From the IMG/VR virus record IMGVR_UViG_3300005533_000002, positions 1-64,000 of that record: a stretch of DNA of 64,000 nt. One strand, given 5' to 3'. Of the stretch, positions 9,701 to 18,184 are shown one piece after another; position 1 is the first letter of the stretch; each line of letters opens with the position of its first letter. This DNA comes from a virus. A model generated the notes under the pieces. The model did no database searches, was not told the origin of the DNA, and saw only the letters and a program-made list of their open reading frames with translations. A program made the translations under genes and the position numbers.

Positions 9701-10417
9701 CTGATTCGCCGGGGTCGCCTTCGCCTTGGTAGCCACGCCGCCGCCGGTAGGCTCATAGTCCCATGAGCCATTCGAGTGAATCCGAATCAGCTTGCCAGCC
9801 TTCTGGCTGCCGCCCGGACTCAAAGTGTAAGGCAGCTGGATAGTAGCCACGGTGGTTTCTTCTGGCTCTTCTTCGGGCGCTTTCTCGGCGGAAGAAAATT
9901 CGAATTCGCAGCCGCAGTTGGTCAAACACTGCGACTCACCAATTTTTGGAAGCGTACCACGTGGCTGCCAGCCCAATGCAGCCGCGTCAAGGCAATCTTG
10001 GCAATGTTCCGTTGGCCCTAATACTCTACGCTCCCATTTCGCATCATCCCCCGCAGCTCCACGCTTAGAGTTCTGGTAAGTCGCATTAGCTGCGTCTGCG
10101 TACATTCCAATCCGCGTCAGCATGGAATTATCGCGCGGCGCGTTACCGCTCGACACCTGTCCGGCGAAGCGAAAGAGGTATTCAATCTGCTTGGCGATCA
10201 GGCTATTCACATGTTCGCGGGCTGCATCATCCAGCTTGTGGCCATAGCCGGCAACGCCGGCGCGACTGTGTAGCGTCGTGATGATTTCGGCCGCCTGCTT
10301 CTGCCACTGTTTGAGCGAGATGCCACCGCCCTCGACGAGGTCTTGCGTCAGATAAACCAACTCGTCGCGCGCCTCATCGATCAGCTTTTTGACGGCCTTG
10401 GTAGCTGTGGTGGGCAT
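6752..10417 (-). CDS. MuF/gp7-like minor head polyprotein with C-terminal C39 peptidase interrupted by an intein
   Basis: EHCQDC...GESQCLTNCGCEF MuF-like Cys motif; QPRDEDGKW and WITIG...HVFI linkers; C39 motifs Q-x4-S/CGAA, YGHYLTVIG, QDSS; between portal and protease. Confidence 0.8.
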   Translation of the reverse strand: MPTTATKAVKKLIDEARDELVYLTQDLVEGGGISLKQWQKQAAEIITTLHSRAGVAGYGHKLDDAAREHVNSLIAKQIEYLFRFAGQVSSGNAPRDNSMLTRIGMYADAANATYQNSKRGAAGDDAKWERRVLGPTEHCQDCLDAAALGWQPRGTLPKIGESQCLTNCGCEFEFSSAEKAPEEEPEETTVATIQLPYTLSPGGSQKAGKLIRIHSNGSWDYEPTGGGVATKAKATPANQRVQAAHVPVSAAKPGREPRQSMPSKVWKYLREWLGFSDEQIIMLEAGLVHFGQHQTPYPLTSDAFEYYEQLLSEKYTSCSDKKLDKSFHLPSGKRTIAEPGSDLHQRVKESLKGYLFKKAYEHGSHFAPTEEELERMATAFIRGETNLAELFSKLVSFYSDDQPRDEDGKWTATGGEAEKPSGSESEAVTSRAITVPGFSLRGFTRPETQIEVHTRAGGLDDDPDELQMGHWVSLYINGIEQDSQFARNQDSAQKKAQKMFKRAVREEKADAARQKWRVTSFGPEYGDLNKPLPHPDRLGYRKEFSADNEDGQWITIGASGQGDEKGGGTHVFIKDGRITKGAPGLVGRKIDALKEPAEEQSGRAEKKQSAEYDRARWGKRARQEGLNPRHLHQLAADMLAHDAEANSDVAKMLQEARKISKARDIGDVTGLAMRNAGGNLDPSKLKGFDLLTRSMMNSYPHILGTDAEKAESKLFDMLVRGNPQKMTESEAYEQAFNHLAEHGSRAGKEKSWAKKPRRELEEAPFAAGSPAILNVPDIVQHDHYSCILPGQELQGRVIGGSKARYTGQTVEFKTVSGAILSVTPNHPILTVEGFVPAGQLKKGQSLLHYVGKDEAASASNHKQHAPAVVEKVFGTLLNISGVVFPVEATAFAFDFHGDAKQFDGNIQVVGSYSKLTNNVISEASKRFGQGDLVVSGARKCSLQCGGGLKSAFQGSNATPGRLVGGSNLPLPVGLAHSAPHQAACFGPASELNAALSECAGQSLLPDAVLASKLLEGDSGQIFLDEIVEIRNFHYSGPVYDFESPLGWIVVNNVCISNCGAAATMCVGRYFGVGPATLEEWKKLLGTNVEQSTRPAAIVEVLQSLGLSVEARDGLTLEDLRRYWLAGMPVICPVQDYGPEVPAQAKFAYGHYLTVIGVNLGLVFCQDSSEDNVTRKSGSIQAPGRVMIEESKFLDNWHDKDIDGNKYIRYGIAVARSSKMAK
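7247..8062 (-). mobile_element. Intein (272 aa, residues 786-1057 of the 1221-aa protein)
   Basis: N-terminal Cys (CILPGQEL), block B SVTPNHPILT, block F YSGPVYDFES, C-terminal ISN followed by +1 Cys; removal restores VQHDHYS-CGAAATM. Confidence 0.9.
7319..8017 (+). CDS. HTH + Vsr/DUF559-like (PD-(D/E)xK) endonuclease encoded antisense inside the intein
   Basis: 232 aa; EYLSGISLEKLARQHGIG...RKRGVQLRS HTH; NEITLAESL...RQFAVGTYNLDIAI...VAVEV...ERTKYLLNNGWSVLFV nuclease core. Confidence 0.8.
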   Translation: MEIPNLDNLIQEYLSGISLEKLARQHGIGEKALSSAFRKRGVQLRSWAEAGRLVWRRMSQADRKRQVAAAHQATRGSVRSLESRLQAAATLQRTLARTGNNEITLAESLRSLGYDVVRQFAVGTYNLDIAIELLGVAVEVESKSCSFNWKNYPGDVEERTKYLLNNGWSVLFVVTRGCGLIFPNIVQKTLSFFELAGRNKPFNGQYGMIRGNGKNRAGNSFEFNGLPRVPGF

Positions 10418-10426
10418 GGCTAACCC

Positions 10427-10597
10427 TTAACGACTTGGCTTTTTCTTGCGTCCACTGCGGCGCCGCATTGCGATCAAAGCCGCTAGCTGCTGCTTGGCCC
10501 GCTTGAAGTAGGTCTCGCCGCCGATGGTTTCCTGGCGTAGCTCGGCAAGGAAAATCATGCGCGCCGGCAAGACTAGAGGCTTGTCTTGTTCATTCAT
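10427..10597 (-). CDS. Small basic hypothetical protein (56 aa)
   Basis: MNEQDKPLVLPARMIFL...; coupled to upstream stop; not in track. Confidence 0.5.
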   Translation of the reverse strand: MNEQDKPLVLPARMIFLAELRQETIGGETYFKRAKQQLAALIAMRRRSGRKKKPSR

Positions 10598-10797
10598 TAC
10601 CCAGCCCTCGGAATGCCCGTGCGCACCAGCGGCGCCAGGTCGCCACGCCTGGCAACCGGCGTTTCCCTTCGAATGCGATGGCCAGCCTCGCAGGTAGCAT
10701 CAAACATGATTACGTTTCGAGACCGATCTAAATCCGCCTTGACGTGAACATAGCTTCGGCCGCATTCCGGGCATAGAAACGTTCGCGTTACCATCAT
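10597..10797 (-). CDS. Small zinc-ribbon protein
   Basis: CPECG...CEAGH. Confidence 0.55.
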   Translation of the reverse strand: MMVTRTFLCPECGRSYVHVKADLDRSRNVIMFDATCEAGHRIRRETPVARRGDLAPLVRTGIPRAG

Positions 10798-11189
10798 GAG
10801 TTGTCCCCCTTTGCGTACCGTCCCTTCGATTGCTTGCGGTTGCTGCTGTCACCGATCGCTGCCGCGTACTCGCCGGTTCGTCGGTTGTCGCGCGTGCCAT
10901 CCCTTCCGCGCGGCGTGGTGTTGTCGCGCGATTCGTTTTGCTTTAAGCCGGCCGAGTCGGTGGCATCATTCCGCCCACCGTCCCGATAGTTCTTGACCAA
11001 CGGCTCCGCGTTCTTGCGGTTTGTCTCGTTCTGGCCATCGGCAATCGCCTTGGCGTACTGCTGCGCGGCCGTCGCACTGACCACCGAAGGCGACAGCGCC
11101 GTAAGCTGTTTCTGCTGCTCGTGCAAGTCAGAGTCGCGCAGAACGGCCGCTTGACCCACTTTGCGGCTGCGTGGCTTACGGTTGAACAT
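10794..11189 (-). CDS. Hypothetical hydrophilic protein
   Basis: MFNRKPRSRK...; overlaps end of portal gene. Confidence 0.55.
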   Translation of the reverse strand: MFNRKPRSRKVGQAAVLRDSDLHEQQKQLTALSPSVVSATAAQQYAKAIADGQNETNRKNAEPLVKNYRDGGRNDATDSAGLKQNESRDNTTPRGRDGTRDNRRTGEYAAAIGDSSNRKQSKGRYAKGDNS

Positions 11190-13128
11190 TCGCCGCCCCC
11201 CGCCGCTGCGGCACAAACCTCTTAATCCTCGCGAGTGAGCGCAACAGTGCCTTGGCCCGCAATTCCTCTTCTGGCGTCAGCCGATATTTGGCCTTGATGT
11301 CATCCAGGCTGAACCCAAGCGTTTCCGCGTCCCCTTCGTCCTCAGAGAATGGCGAGTTGTCGCCGGGTTGCTTCTTGCCGCTCTTGGTGGGCGTTTGGTT
11401 GTTGTCCTTGGGGCTCTTCTCTTTGTTCTTGCTTCCCGGCTTTGGTGCCGGGGGCGATTCACTCGGAGTTGCGCTGCCACCGGCGGCCGCATTCTTCATG
11501 CCCGCAATTTGCATCCCTTGGTCCGCTTCCTTCTCAGCCAAAGAAGCATCAGTCCGTACCGGTAGGCCAAGCTTCTCATCCAAAGCGGCGAATTGGCTTG
11601 GGCTGAGGAACTTGGATGTGACGAGCTTGGCGATGCTGTCCGCGTCCGTGTGCCAGTCGTTTTCTTCAGTGCCGCCGAATGACGCCTTCGGCGTAAGCCG
11701 CCGGGCCGCGTCCTCGCCGTAGTTGTACAGCGTCAGGTAATAGTACACGTCGCGGCGCCAGGTGGTTGCCAACTGCTGCTTCACGTGAGCAATGGGCAAG
11801 TCGAGGATGTCCTTGTGCGTCTCGCTGCTGGCGCGAGCTTGATGCTGACCCTCCATCGTGGCCAGCCGCTGCAAGAGAACTCCCTGCACAATCTGAAAGT
11901 CAAAAGTCTCGATGGCCGAGCGAAACGGCGAACCATCGCCCTGCGCCTGCACCAGCATCACTTCCGAGCCATATGGGAATGCGGCAGCCGAGTGATTGCG
12001 CAGCTGGGCCAGGGCGTTGCTCATGGCCTGTTCTGGCGTTATGAGTGGGGCAGAAGTTGGATTGCCAAGGCTATCAGCCGGCGGCGCCGTCACGGCGTCT
12101 TGCGGCGTGAAGCCGATGTAACTCGGGCTGCCGTGCAGAGCCAGGTAACGGATGTACTCGGGCCAAACTTGTTGCTTCAGCCACCACGGGGTATAGATGG
12201 ACCGCAAAAGACTATTGCCGCGTGGGTCGCCGTTCTTCGGGTTGTACGTGAAGATGACGAACTTTTCGCGCGGTAAAAGATTGGGCAGCACCGATGGATT
12301 GGCCACGATGCTGCCCACCAAGACGGGAAAGCCTTGGCCCGGAATCAAACCAAGCAGACCCACGACGTTCATGTAAGCATCGACCACAAAGCCCGTCGCT
12401 TCGCGGGGCTTTACTTTGATGCTCTTGAGAACCAGCTTGCCCTTGTCTTCGCCCTGTCCGGGGCCGTAGACCTTCTCGCCGATCTTGTGTCCAAGGTAGA
12501 TGCCGGCCAACAGCTCCCAGCAGACCTGCTCGACGGGCTGAAAATCAAGATTCTGGTCGCAACGGCCACAGAACTCGGCAATCTCTTCAGCCAGTGGGTA
12601 ATCTTCGTCGTCCTTATCGTCAATCGCCGGCAACGCCTTGATTCCTTCGGCGAGCACAGAAAGCATGAGCAGGGTAATAGACGAGTAGACTTGCGCGTCG
12701 AGCATCATGCGTTCGTAGATGTCGGAACCGAAATCGCGCGAGAGGTCATCGACGTAATGGGGGAGCGCCTTGAGATAATTGCTAAGGAAAGGAAAATTTT
12801 GGCCGGCGACGTACTCTTGCGTTGGGACCGCTTGCCGGCTTCCGTAAACCTGTGCATGTGGCGCCACAACGGGTGGCCCCTGCGCATCGACGGGAATAGT
12901 CTGCGGTTTTCCCAGCGGCGACTTCTCCGGCTCGCCATCCTGCCAGTCAGTCGCTGCCTGCTGGTCTCTCTTCTTCACTTTAACAGTGTCGGCAGCGGTA
13001 GCGGCTGGATATGCGAATTGCGCCTGATCGGGCTGCTTTGATTCTTCGGCCATTCTGGGCGACTCCGAAAGTAGGCCAAACTCCATCATATAGTTGCTCA
13101 ATTGTTTGAGCAACTCATACCGTCTCAT
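11176..13128 (-). CDS. Portal protein (DUF935/Mu gp29-like)
   Basis: YERMMLDAQV, LPREKFVIFTY...GDPRGNSLLRSIYTPWWLKQ, ARASSETH, LTLYNYG motifs. Confidence 0.85.
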   Translation of the reverse strand: MRRYELLKQLSNYMMEFGLLSESPRMAEESKQPDQAQFAYPAATAADTVKVKKRDQQAATDWQDGEPEKSPLGKPQTIPVDAQGPPVVAPHAQVYGSRQAVPTQEYVAGQNFPFLSNYLKALPHYVDDLSRDFGSDIYERMMLDAQVYSSITLLMLSVLAEGIKALPAIDDKDDEDYPLAEEIAEFCGRCDQNLDFQPVEQVCWELLAGIYLGHKIGEKVYGPGQGEDKGKLVLKSIKVKPREATGFVVDAYMNVVGLLGLIPGQGFPVLVGSIVANPSVLPNLLPREKFVIFTYNPKNGDPRGNSLLRSIYTPWWLKQQVWPEYIRYLALHGSPSYIGFTPQDAVTAPPADSLGNPTSAPLITPEQAMSNALAQLRNHSAAAFPYGSEVMLVQAQGDGSPFRSAIETFDFQIVQGVLLQRLATMEGQHQARASSETHKDILDLPIAHVKQQLATTWRRDVYYYLTLYNYGEDAARRLTPKASFGGTEENDWHTDADSIAKLVTSKFLSPSQFAALDEKLGLPVRTDASLAEKEADQGMQIAGMKNAAAGGSATPSESPPAPKPGSKNKEKSPKDNNQTPTKSGKKQPGDNSPFSEDEGDAETLGFSLDDIKAKYRLTPEEELRAKALLRSLARIKRFVPQRRGAANVQP

Positions 13129-13315
13129 CCGCGCCTTGAGCCGACCGCGCCGCCAGTACGATTATCCCATCCCGCAGCTCGCTTTCCATGACCAGGCGCA
13201 CCGCCCGGCGCACATAGCCGCTGACACTCAACCCGCTGGCCCTGGCAGCCTGCCGAAGTTGCTCCCGATCGTCTACCGTGAATTGGATGATGCGTGACTT
13301 GTCACGTGCTGCCAT
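13115..13315 (-). CDS. Ribbon-helix-helix protein
   Basis: IIQFTVDDREQLRQAARASGLSVSGYVRRAV; GGAGGG RBS. Confidence 0.65.
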   Translation of the reverse strand: MAARDKSRIIQFTVDDREQLRQAARASGLSVSGYVRRAVRLVMESELRDGIIVLAARSAQGADETV

Positions 13316-13498
13316 AGCACCCTCCGAGATATTTGACTGAATTGTACAGATAGAGTTACGGAACATGCAAGTCAAAAGTACCATTGCGTGTACCAGCACA
13401 ATGAGGGTATATTGGAATTGTTGGGCCGACAATGGCGGTCGGGGCTGGTGGGCGACAGCTCCGACCGCTCCTCTTTTTCTCGCCCCTGGAGATTGCGA

Positions 13499-13810
13499 AT
13501 GCGTAGTACTTTCGACAGGTCCGAAGATGTCATGAGGCATGGAACCATCTGCCACCAGTGCCAGGGTTCGGGCAAGGCCAAGAACCCAGCATACTCCCAC
13601 TGGGAAATTTACGTCGGCGCCTATCTGCCTTGGATCATCGCTTCCGACCCGGCCCGCAACGGCACATGGGAGGAACAGGCGGACTGGGATATGCGGGCCG
13701 GCGCTCCACCACGGAGAATCGATTGCTCCAGGTGCCACGGTGAAGGGTACGTACTGCCCACACGCCGCCGCCGCGATAATTATCAAGCTGCGCTCTACGC
13801 TGGCGGATAA
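13499..13810 (+). CDS. DnaJ-type CxxCxGxG zinc-finger protein
   Basis: CHQCQGSG and CSRCHGEG; GGAG RBS. Confidence 0.65.
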   Translation: MRSTFDRSEDVMRHGTICHQCQGSGKAKNPAYSHWEIYVGAYLPWIIASDPARNGTWEEQADWDMRAGAPPRRIDCSRCHGEGYVLPTRRRRDNYQAALYAGG

Positions 13811-13845
13811 CCAGCCATTTCAACCCGTCAACGAAGACGGGTTCA

Positions 13846-14229
13846 TTATCCATCCCTCAACAGGCCAAACCGTGTCGCCGTAATGGTGAGCGACTCACGC
13901 AAGCAGAGTATGTCGTCCACGGCCTGGTTGAACAAGATTTTTCCGGACCGTAGCTTGCGGCACGTCACGCAAATCAAGCCGTCCGTTCCGTCCGTAAGCG
14001 AATCGATAACCCCCATCTCATCCTGGCTCAGGGGCGACGTATGGCCGCGTCCAATCATAGCGGCTTGCGTATGGCTGCGCCGTAGCTCGGTAATCGCGCC
14101 GGCCTCGAACTCAGCCAGTGGAATGGACTTGTTGTACAGTTGGTCGAACAGGTCAAGCAGAACGTCGCGACAGCTCGCGTTGAGTTGGTCGAGCGCGGAC
14201 AGCTTGGCATGAGCGGTTGGGCGACTCAT
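13846..14229 (-). CDS. Stand-alone paralogue of the MuF-like N-terminal domain
   Basis: RDVLLDLFDQL...IPLAEFE...ELRRSHTQAAMIGRGH aligns by eye with RDELVYLTQDL...ISLKQWQ...IITTLHSRAGVAGYGH. Confidence 0.55.
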   Translation of the reverse strand: MSRPTAHAKLSALDQLNASCRDVLLDLFDQLYNKSIPLAEFEAGAITELRRSHTQAAMIGRGHTSPLSQDEMGVIDSLTDGTDGLICVTCRKLRSGKILFNQAVDDILCLRESLTITATRFGLLRDG

Positions 14230-14254
14230 GGTACACCCGCCCCATTGCAACATC

Positions 14255-14557
14255 TCAGGAAACCAGATTCCGGGTTGTTTCCCCGTCTTTGCTGCACTTC
14301 TCGTCCTTGCCCTCGCCAAGCACCTTGGGCGCTTTGCCGGAATCCCTGCCGCTGGTTTTGCCTTTGCGGCGCGCGCTGTTGGAGCCATCAGCTTGGCGAT
14401 TCTTGGCTTCGAGCACGTCACGCCGAGCCTTGATGACTGACTGGCCCAGCTGGGTTTGGCTCAGCAGAAACTCCCGCCGTTCCGGCGTCATTTCGCTGGC
14501 GTCGGCCCGCTGCTGGTTCGCCGCATTCACGTTTTGCTTTTCAGCTTTCCCGCTCAT
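14255..14557 (-). CDS. Small protein carrying a copy of the scaffold C-terminal motif
   Basis: MTPERREFLLSQTQLGQSVI vs scaffold MSDERKRELLGLTPLGMSIL. Confidence 0.6.
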   Translation of the reverse strand: MSGKAEKQNVNAANQQRADASEMTPERREFLLSQTQLGQSVIKARRDVLEAKNRQADGSNSARRKGKTSGRDSGKAPKVLGEGKDEKCSKDGETTRNLVS

Positions 14558-14623
14558 GATGCTGCTCCGAGTTTGTGGTGGGCTCGGCGTGGGGCCGAGC
14601 CGAGCTATGCCGTTATTTTAGAG

Positions 14624-15169
14624 TCATGCCGGCTTGCGCACAATGCACTCTATCGAGTATTCGCCCTGTGGGTGCTCGTTACCGATGCGCCTGTAGCCTT
14701 CATCAAGCACCCGGAACGACACAATCTCACCGTTGGCCAGCGTCTGATACACCGTCTGGAACAACCCGAGCGTATGCGGGTTCTCGGCCCGGTGTGGCAG
14801 GTAAAACCACTTGTGGTCTGGATTCCACTGGCTGGGCAGCTTTTTGCGGCATTCGTACAGATCCCGGTGTGGCACCACGACGATAAGATGTCCGCCCTTG
14901 GCCAGAATACGCCACCAGTTTTGCAAAGCGATGCGCGGCTGCGTCAAGTGCTCAAGAACGTGACTGGCGTAGACAGTCGTGTACGTCTCGTTCTTGACGC
15001 CAGTCATTAACGTGGCATCGCCGTTGCCAAGCTGATAATCCCACTTGCCGAATGTGCTGTGCAGCGGGTCGGCGCCGCAACCGATATCGATGCCCGGCTT
15101 GTCGGCCGGAGCGTACCGATCGTACCAGCCTTCGACGAACCGGCGAGCATGCGACTTAGCGGTTTCCAT
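14624..15169 (-). CDS. Class I SAM-dependent methyltransferase (type 11-like)
   Basis: GIDIGCG, VYASHVLEHL, WWRILAKGGHLIVVVPH. Confidence 0.85.
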   Translation of the reverse strand: METAKSHARRFVEGWYDRYAPADKPGIDIGCGADPLHSTFGKWDYQLGNGDATLMTGVKNETYTTVYASHVLEHLTQPRIALQNWWRILAKGGHLIVVVPHRDLYECRKKLPSQWNPDHKWFYLPHRAENPHTLGLFQTVYQTLANGEIVSFRVLDEGYRRIGNEHPQGEYSIECIVRKPA

Positions 15170-16553
15170 GCTTCATTACCTCTAATTGAAGGTTGCAAAC
15201 TACTTCATGAATTACCGATTCCCAATCGCCATAACGCGGCTGCCGGAACAGCCGCACGGTTGGATACCAAGGCGAATCCGATCGGTCTAGCAGCCAGCGC
15301 CAATCGGGCGCGCAGATGATCAGATTCCAGACGGGACGGCCCATCGCTCCGGCCAGGTGGACCAAGGACGTATCCACCGAGATGATGAGGTCGAGCGCCG
15401 CACAGGCCCCGGCAGCGTCCTCAAATGTCGAGAGATCAAAGCGCCCGCCCCAGTCACGCATCAGCAAGCTGGCCACGCCGGCTTCCAGAGGCTCTTTCGA
15501 CTCGGGACCAGTCTGGAGACTGAAGAAGCGAACACCGGGCAGCCGAAGCAGCGGCTCGAATGTTTGCACGGGCACAGACCGGTCGCGGTCGCGACCGTGA
15601 ACCGGATTGCCGCGCCACTTGAGGCCAACGTTCAGGCTTCGGTGGCTGTGGTCCAGCTCATTGCGCCATTTCGCGGCGGCCGCCTCAGTGGCATGCAGGT
15701 ATGGCACCCCGCCCGGAATCGTCTCCAGCGTCGTGCCGAGAGCGCCAGCGAGGTTGATCAGGCTGCATGACGCATCGAACTTGAAGGCGTGCTTGCCGTA
15801 CGGTACATAGTCATCGACCCAAGGATACGTTCGCCTGAACAGAGGGATAAGGGCCGCCTCGGTGACGAAGATTATCCGCGCCGGATTCTTGGCCTTAACC
15901 AACGGCAGGTAGCGGACGAATTGAATCGTATCGCCCAAGCCCTGTTCCGAGTTGATGAAGATGGTTTTGCCCGTGAGATCGGAGCCATCCCATTGCGGTT
16001 CGCAAATGACGCCCAGCTTGGTATCGCTGCACTTCCACCGCCATTCGTATTGGCCGAAACCACGTCGCAAATCACCTTGCACGAGTCGCAAAATTGCGAT
16101 GTTCCGATGGGCTTCCGGATACACCGGATTGATGGCCAAGGCCATGCTGTAGGCTGCCATCGCCTCATCGTAGTTGCCCAGATAACTGTGAATAACACCG
16201 ATGCCGCAATGAGCCTCGACGTAGCGCGGCCGAAGGCGTAACGCCGCTTGAAAACACTCCATGCCGGCATCATATTCCCCGAATGTCGTCAGGACCGCCC
16301 CAAGGTTGCGGTGCGGGTCCGGGTAATCTGGCTTGATCTTGATGGCCCGGCGAAAGTGGCCGGCGGCCTCGGTGAAGCGCCTCTCGTTACTCAGCATGAC
16401 GCCAAGGTTGTTGTGGCATTCCGGATTGTTCGGATCGGTGCGCATAGCTCGTTCGTAAGCCGCGATTGAATTCGGCGCGTCGCCCTTGCTGGCCATGACA
16501 TTGGCCTTGGCAATGGTAACAGCGTGGGACAAGGCTCGTGCTTTCCGTGACAT
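15156..16553 (-). CDS. TPR-repeat glycosyltransferase (GT9-like fold)
   Basis: About five TPRs; EQGLGDTIQFVRY, LDLIISVDTSLVHLAGAMG, WRWLLDRSDSPWYP. Confidence 0.9.
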   Translation of the reverse strand: MSRKARALSHAVTIAKANVMASKGDAPNSIAAYERAMRTDPNNPECHNNLGVMLSNERRFTEAAGHFRRAIKIKPDYPDPHRNLGAVLTTFGEYDAGMECFQAALRLRPRYVEAHCGIGVIHSYLGNYDEAMAAYSMALAINPVYPEAHRNIAILRLVQGDLRRGFGQYEWRWKCSDTKLGVICEPQWDGSDLTGKTIFINSEQGLGDTIQFVRYLPLVKAKNPARIIFVTEAALIPLFRRTYPWVDDYVPYGKHAFKFDASCSLINLAGALGTTLETIPGGVPYLHATEAAAAKWRNELDHSHRSLNVGLKWRGNPVHGRDRDRSVPVQTFEPLLRLPGVRFFSLQTGPESKEPLEAGVASLLMRDWGGRFDLSTFEDAAGACAALDLIISVDTSLVHLAGAMGRPVWNLIICAPDWRWLLDRSDSPWYPTVRLFRQPRYGDWESVIHEVVCNLQLEVMKHGNR

Positions 16554-16554
16554 A

Positions 16555-16590
16555 AAAATGGGGCCGGCCGCATGCTACGACAGCCGGCCC
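16555..16590 (-). terminator. Putative intrinsic terminator/attenuator hairpin
   Basis: GGGGCCGGC...GCCGGCCCC stem with a T-tract on the minus strand. Confidence 0.4.
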
Positions 16591-16646
16591 CGCGCAAGGA
16601 GAGTGTCTATGAGACCGTGGTTACGACGCCACTCACGGCTTGGCGG

Positions 16647-17156
16647 CTATCCTCCAGATTCGATCTGCGGCACATGGCCATTGTGTTGCGGCTTCGGCGG
16701 CAACTTCACCGGGTGATTCTTCTGCTCTGGCTGCATCAGCAGGTCCAGCTCTTCGAGCTTGCCGAGCCAGTGCCGAAGCAGTCCCGTGTACTCTTTGAGC
16801 CGCTCCCGAAGCGGGCGCAGATTGTCGAATTCGACCACTTCGGGATGCTGGCGGATGAACTCGACCATATTTTCTAGCCTGGTTGGATCAAGACGGGCCG
16901 GCATGTGGTTGAGATACATCACGCCAAACTCTACGCCGAACTCGTAAGGCTTACCGACATTAGACGCCAAGAAGTCTTCGAACTCGGCAATCGCCTTGGC
17001 CTGGTCTTCGTTCTGTGCCACTGCCGGCATGCCGGTGAGAATGGCGATGAGTTCCCGCTTGAGATTGGTTTCGCTCACCTTGAACTTAAGCGTGCAGAAG
17101 CCGCTGCCCGAGACGAAGCACTCATTCGGATCGATATCTACGTTAAGCTGACCCAC
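16647..17156 (-). CDS. Hypothetical protein
   Basis: AAGGAG RBS before GTG 17156. Confidence 0.6.
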   Translation of the reverse strand: MGQLNVDIDPNECFVSGSGFCTLKFKVSETNLKRELIAILTGMPAVAQNEDQAKAIAEFEDFLASNVGKPYEFGVEFGVMYLNHMPARLDPTRLENMVEFIRQHPEVVEFDNLRPLRERLKEYTGLLRHWLGKLEELDLLMQPEQKNHPVKLPPKPQHNGHVPQIESGG

Positions 17157-17176
17157 TGTTTCTGCTCCTTGTTTTA

Positions 17177-17683
17177 TTACGGTGCCGGCCACGCGCCAGC
17201 GTAGTAAGCTTCCGGACCGACGATGCAACGCAAGCGATACAGGCATTCGCGACGCCGGCACCAGAAGTTAGATTCCTCTTGGGCATCGGCCGCCGTACGC
17301 CAGAATTCCGCAAGCTTGCGATCGTTAGCTAGTGCTAGGTCCGCCCAGTCCATCAAGTATAACCGCTCGTGCCGCACCGCTTCCAGCCATATTTGCCGCT
17401 CGGTGACGAAGACGAGGCGTTGCAAACAGGTGGCCTGCGAGGGCAACCGGCGGCAATCGGCAATAGACGGATAGCCAAAGCATTCCCAATAGCGGTTGCG
17501 GACCCAGCAAAGCTCGGACCGGAAGTTGGGCATCCACCTACAGTTCGGCCCGGAAACTTCCAGGTCGTTAGCCACGTCTTTAAGGGCATCCCAGCAGTAT
17601 GCCGGCGCATCGACAGGGATGGCGGATTCCGGGATGCCACAGCAGGGGGCTGTGATCAGGACGAGAATCAAGTATTTGATCAT
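17177..17683 (-). CDS. Cys/Trp-rich putative exported protein
   Basis: MIKYLILVLITAPCC hydrophobic N-terminus. Confidence 0.55.
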   Translation of the reverse strand: MIKYLILVLITAPCCGIPESAIPVDAPAYCWDALKDVANDLEVSGPNCRWMPNFRSELCWVRNRYWECFGYPSIADCRRLPSQATCLQRLVFVTERQIWLEAVRHERLYLMDWADLALANDRKLAEFWRTAADAQEESNFWCRRRECLYRLRCIVGPEAYYAGAWPAP

Positions 17684-17699
17684 GGCAGTTCGCCACTCC

Positions 17700-18116
17700 C
17701 TAGTAAGTGCCGCTGCCAGTCGCGATCGTCGTTCGGTTCCAATTGGTGTCATACCAGTAGATGGTAACGGTGGCACTATCGCCGGGAGCCAAGCCAGCCG
17801 AACCAGGCTCATTCACGGAGTAAGACCCAGTCACGTAACCAAAATCCCAAGGAATATACGTTCCCTGAGGTAGAGGCGCCGAATAGATCCAGGACGTACC
17901 GTTGGCCTGGAATGTCTGCACGGTGATCCAATAGCCATTGCCGCTGCCATTGTCGATGAGATACGGATCAATGATCCCGTAGATGTGGACCGAGCCATCC
18001 TGATTAGCCGCAAACTTGACCGAGACGGTTGTCTGTCCGTTGCCGGCTCGGACAAGAGGCGAGGCCGGACATGCGGCCAACGCCATGACAAAAAACCACA
18101 GAAGAAGACGCTTCAC
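17700..18116 (-). CDS. Putative secreted or lipoprotein beta-sandwich protein
   Basis: MKRLLLWFFVMALAAC signal with possible lipobox; GGAGGG RBS. Confidence 0.6.
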   Translation of the reverse strand: MKRLLLWFFVMALAACPASPLVRAGNGQTTVSVKFAANQDGSVHIYGIIDPYLIDNGSGNGYWITVQTFQANGTSWIYSAPLPQGTYIPWDFGYVTGSYSVNEPGSAGLAPGDSATVTIYWYDTNWNRTTIATGSGTY

Positions 18117-18184
18117 GAAAAAACCCTCCAAACACTTGACTTTGAACAGGGGAAAGCTAAGCTTTCCCCCAAAGGAGAAAAACT

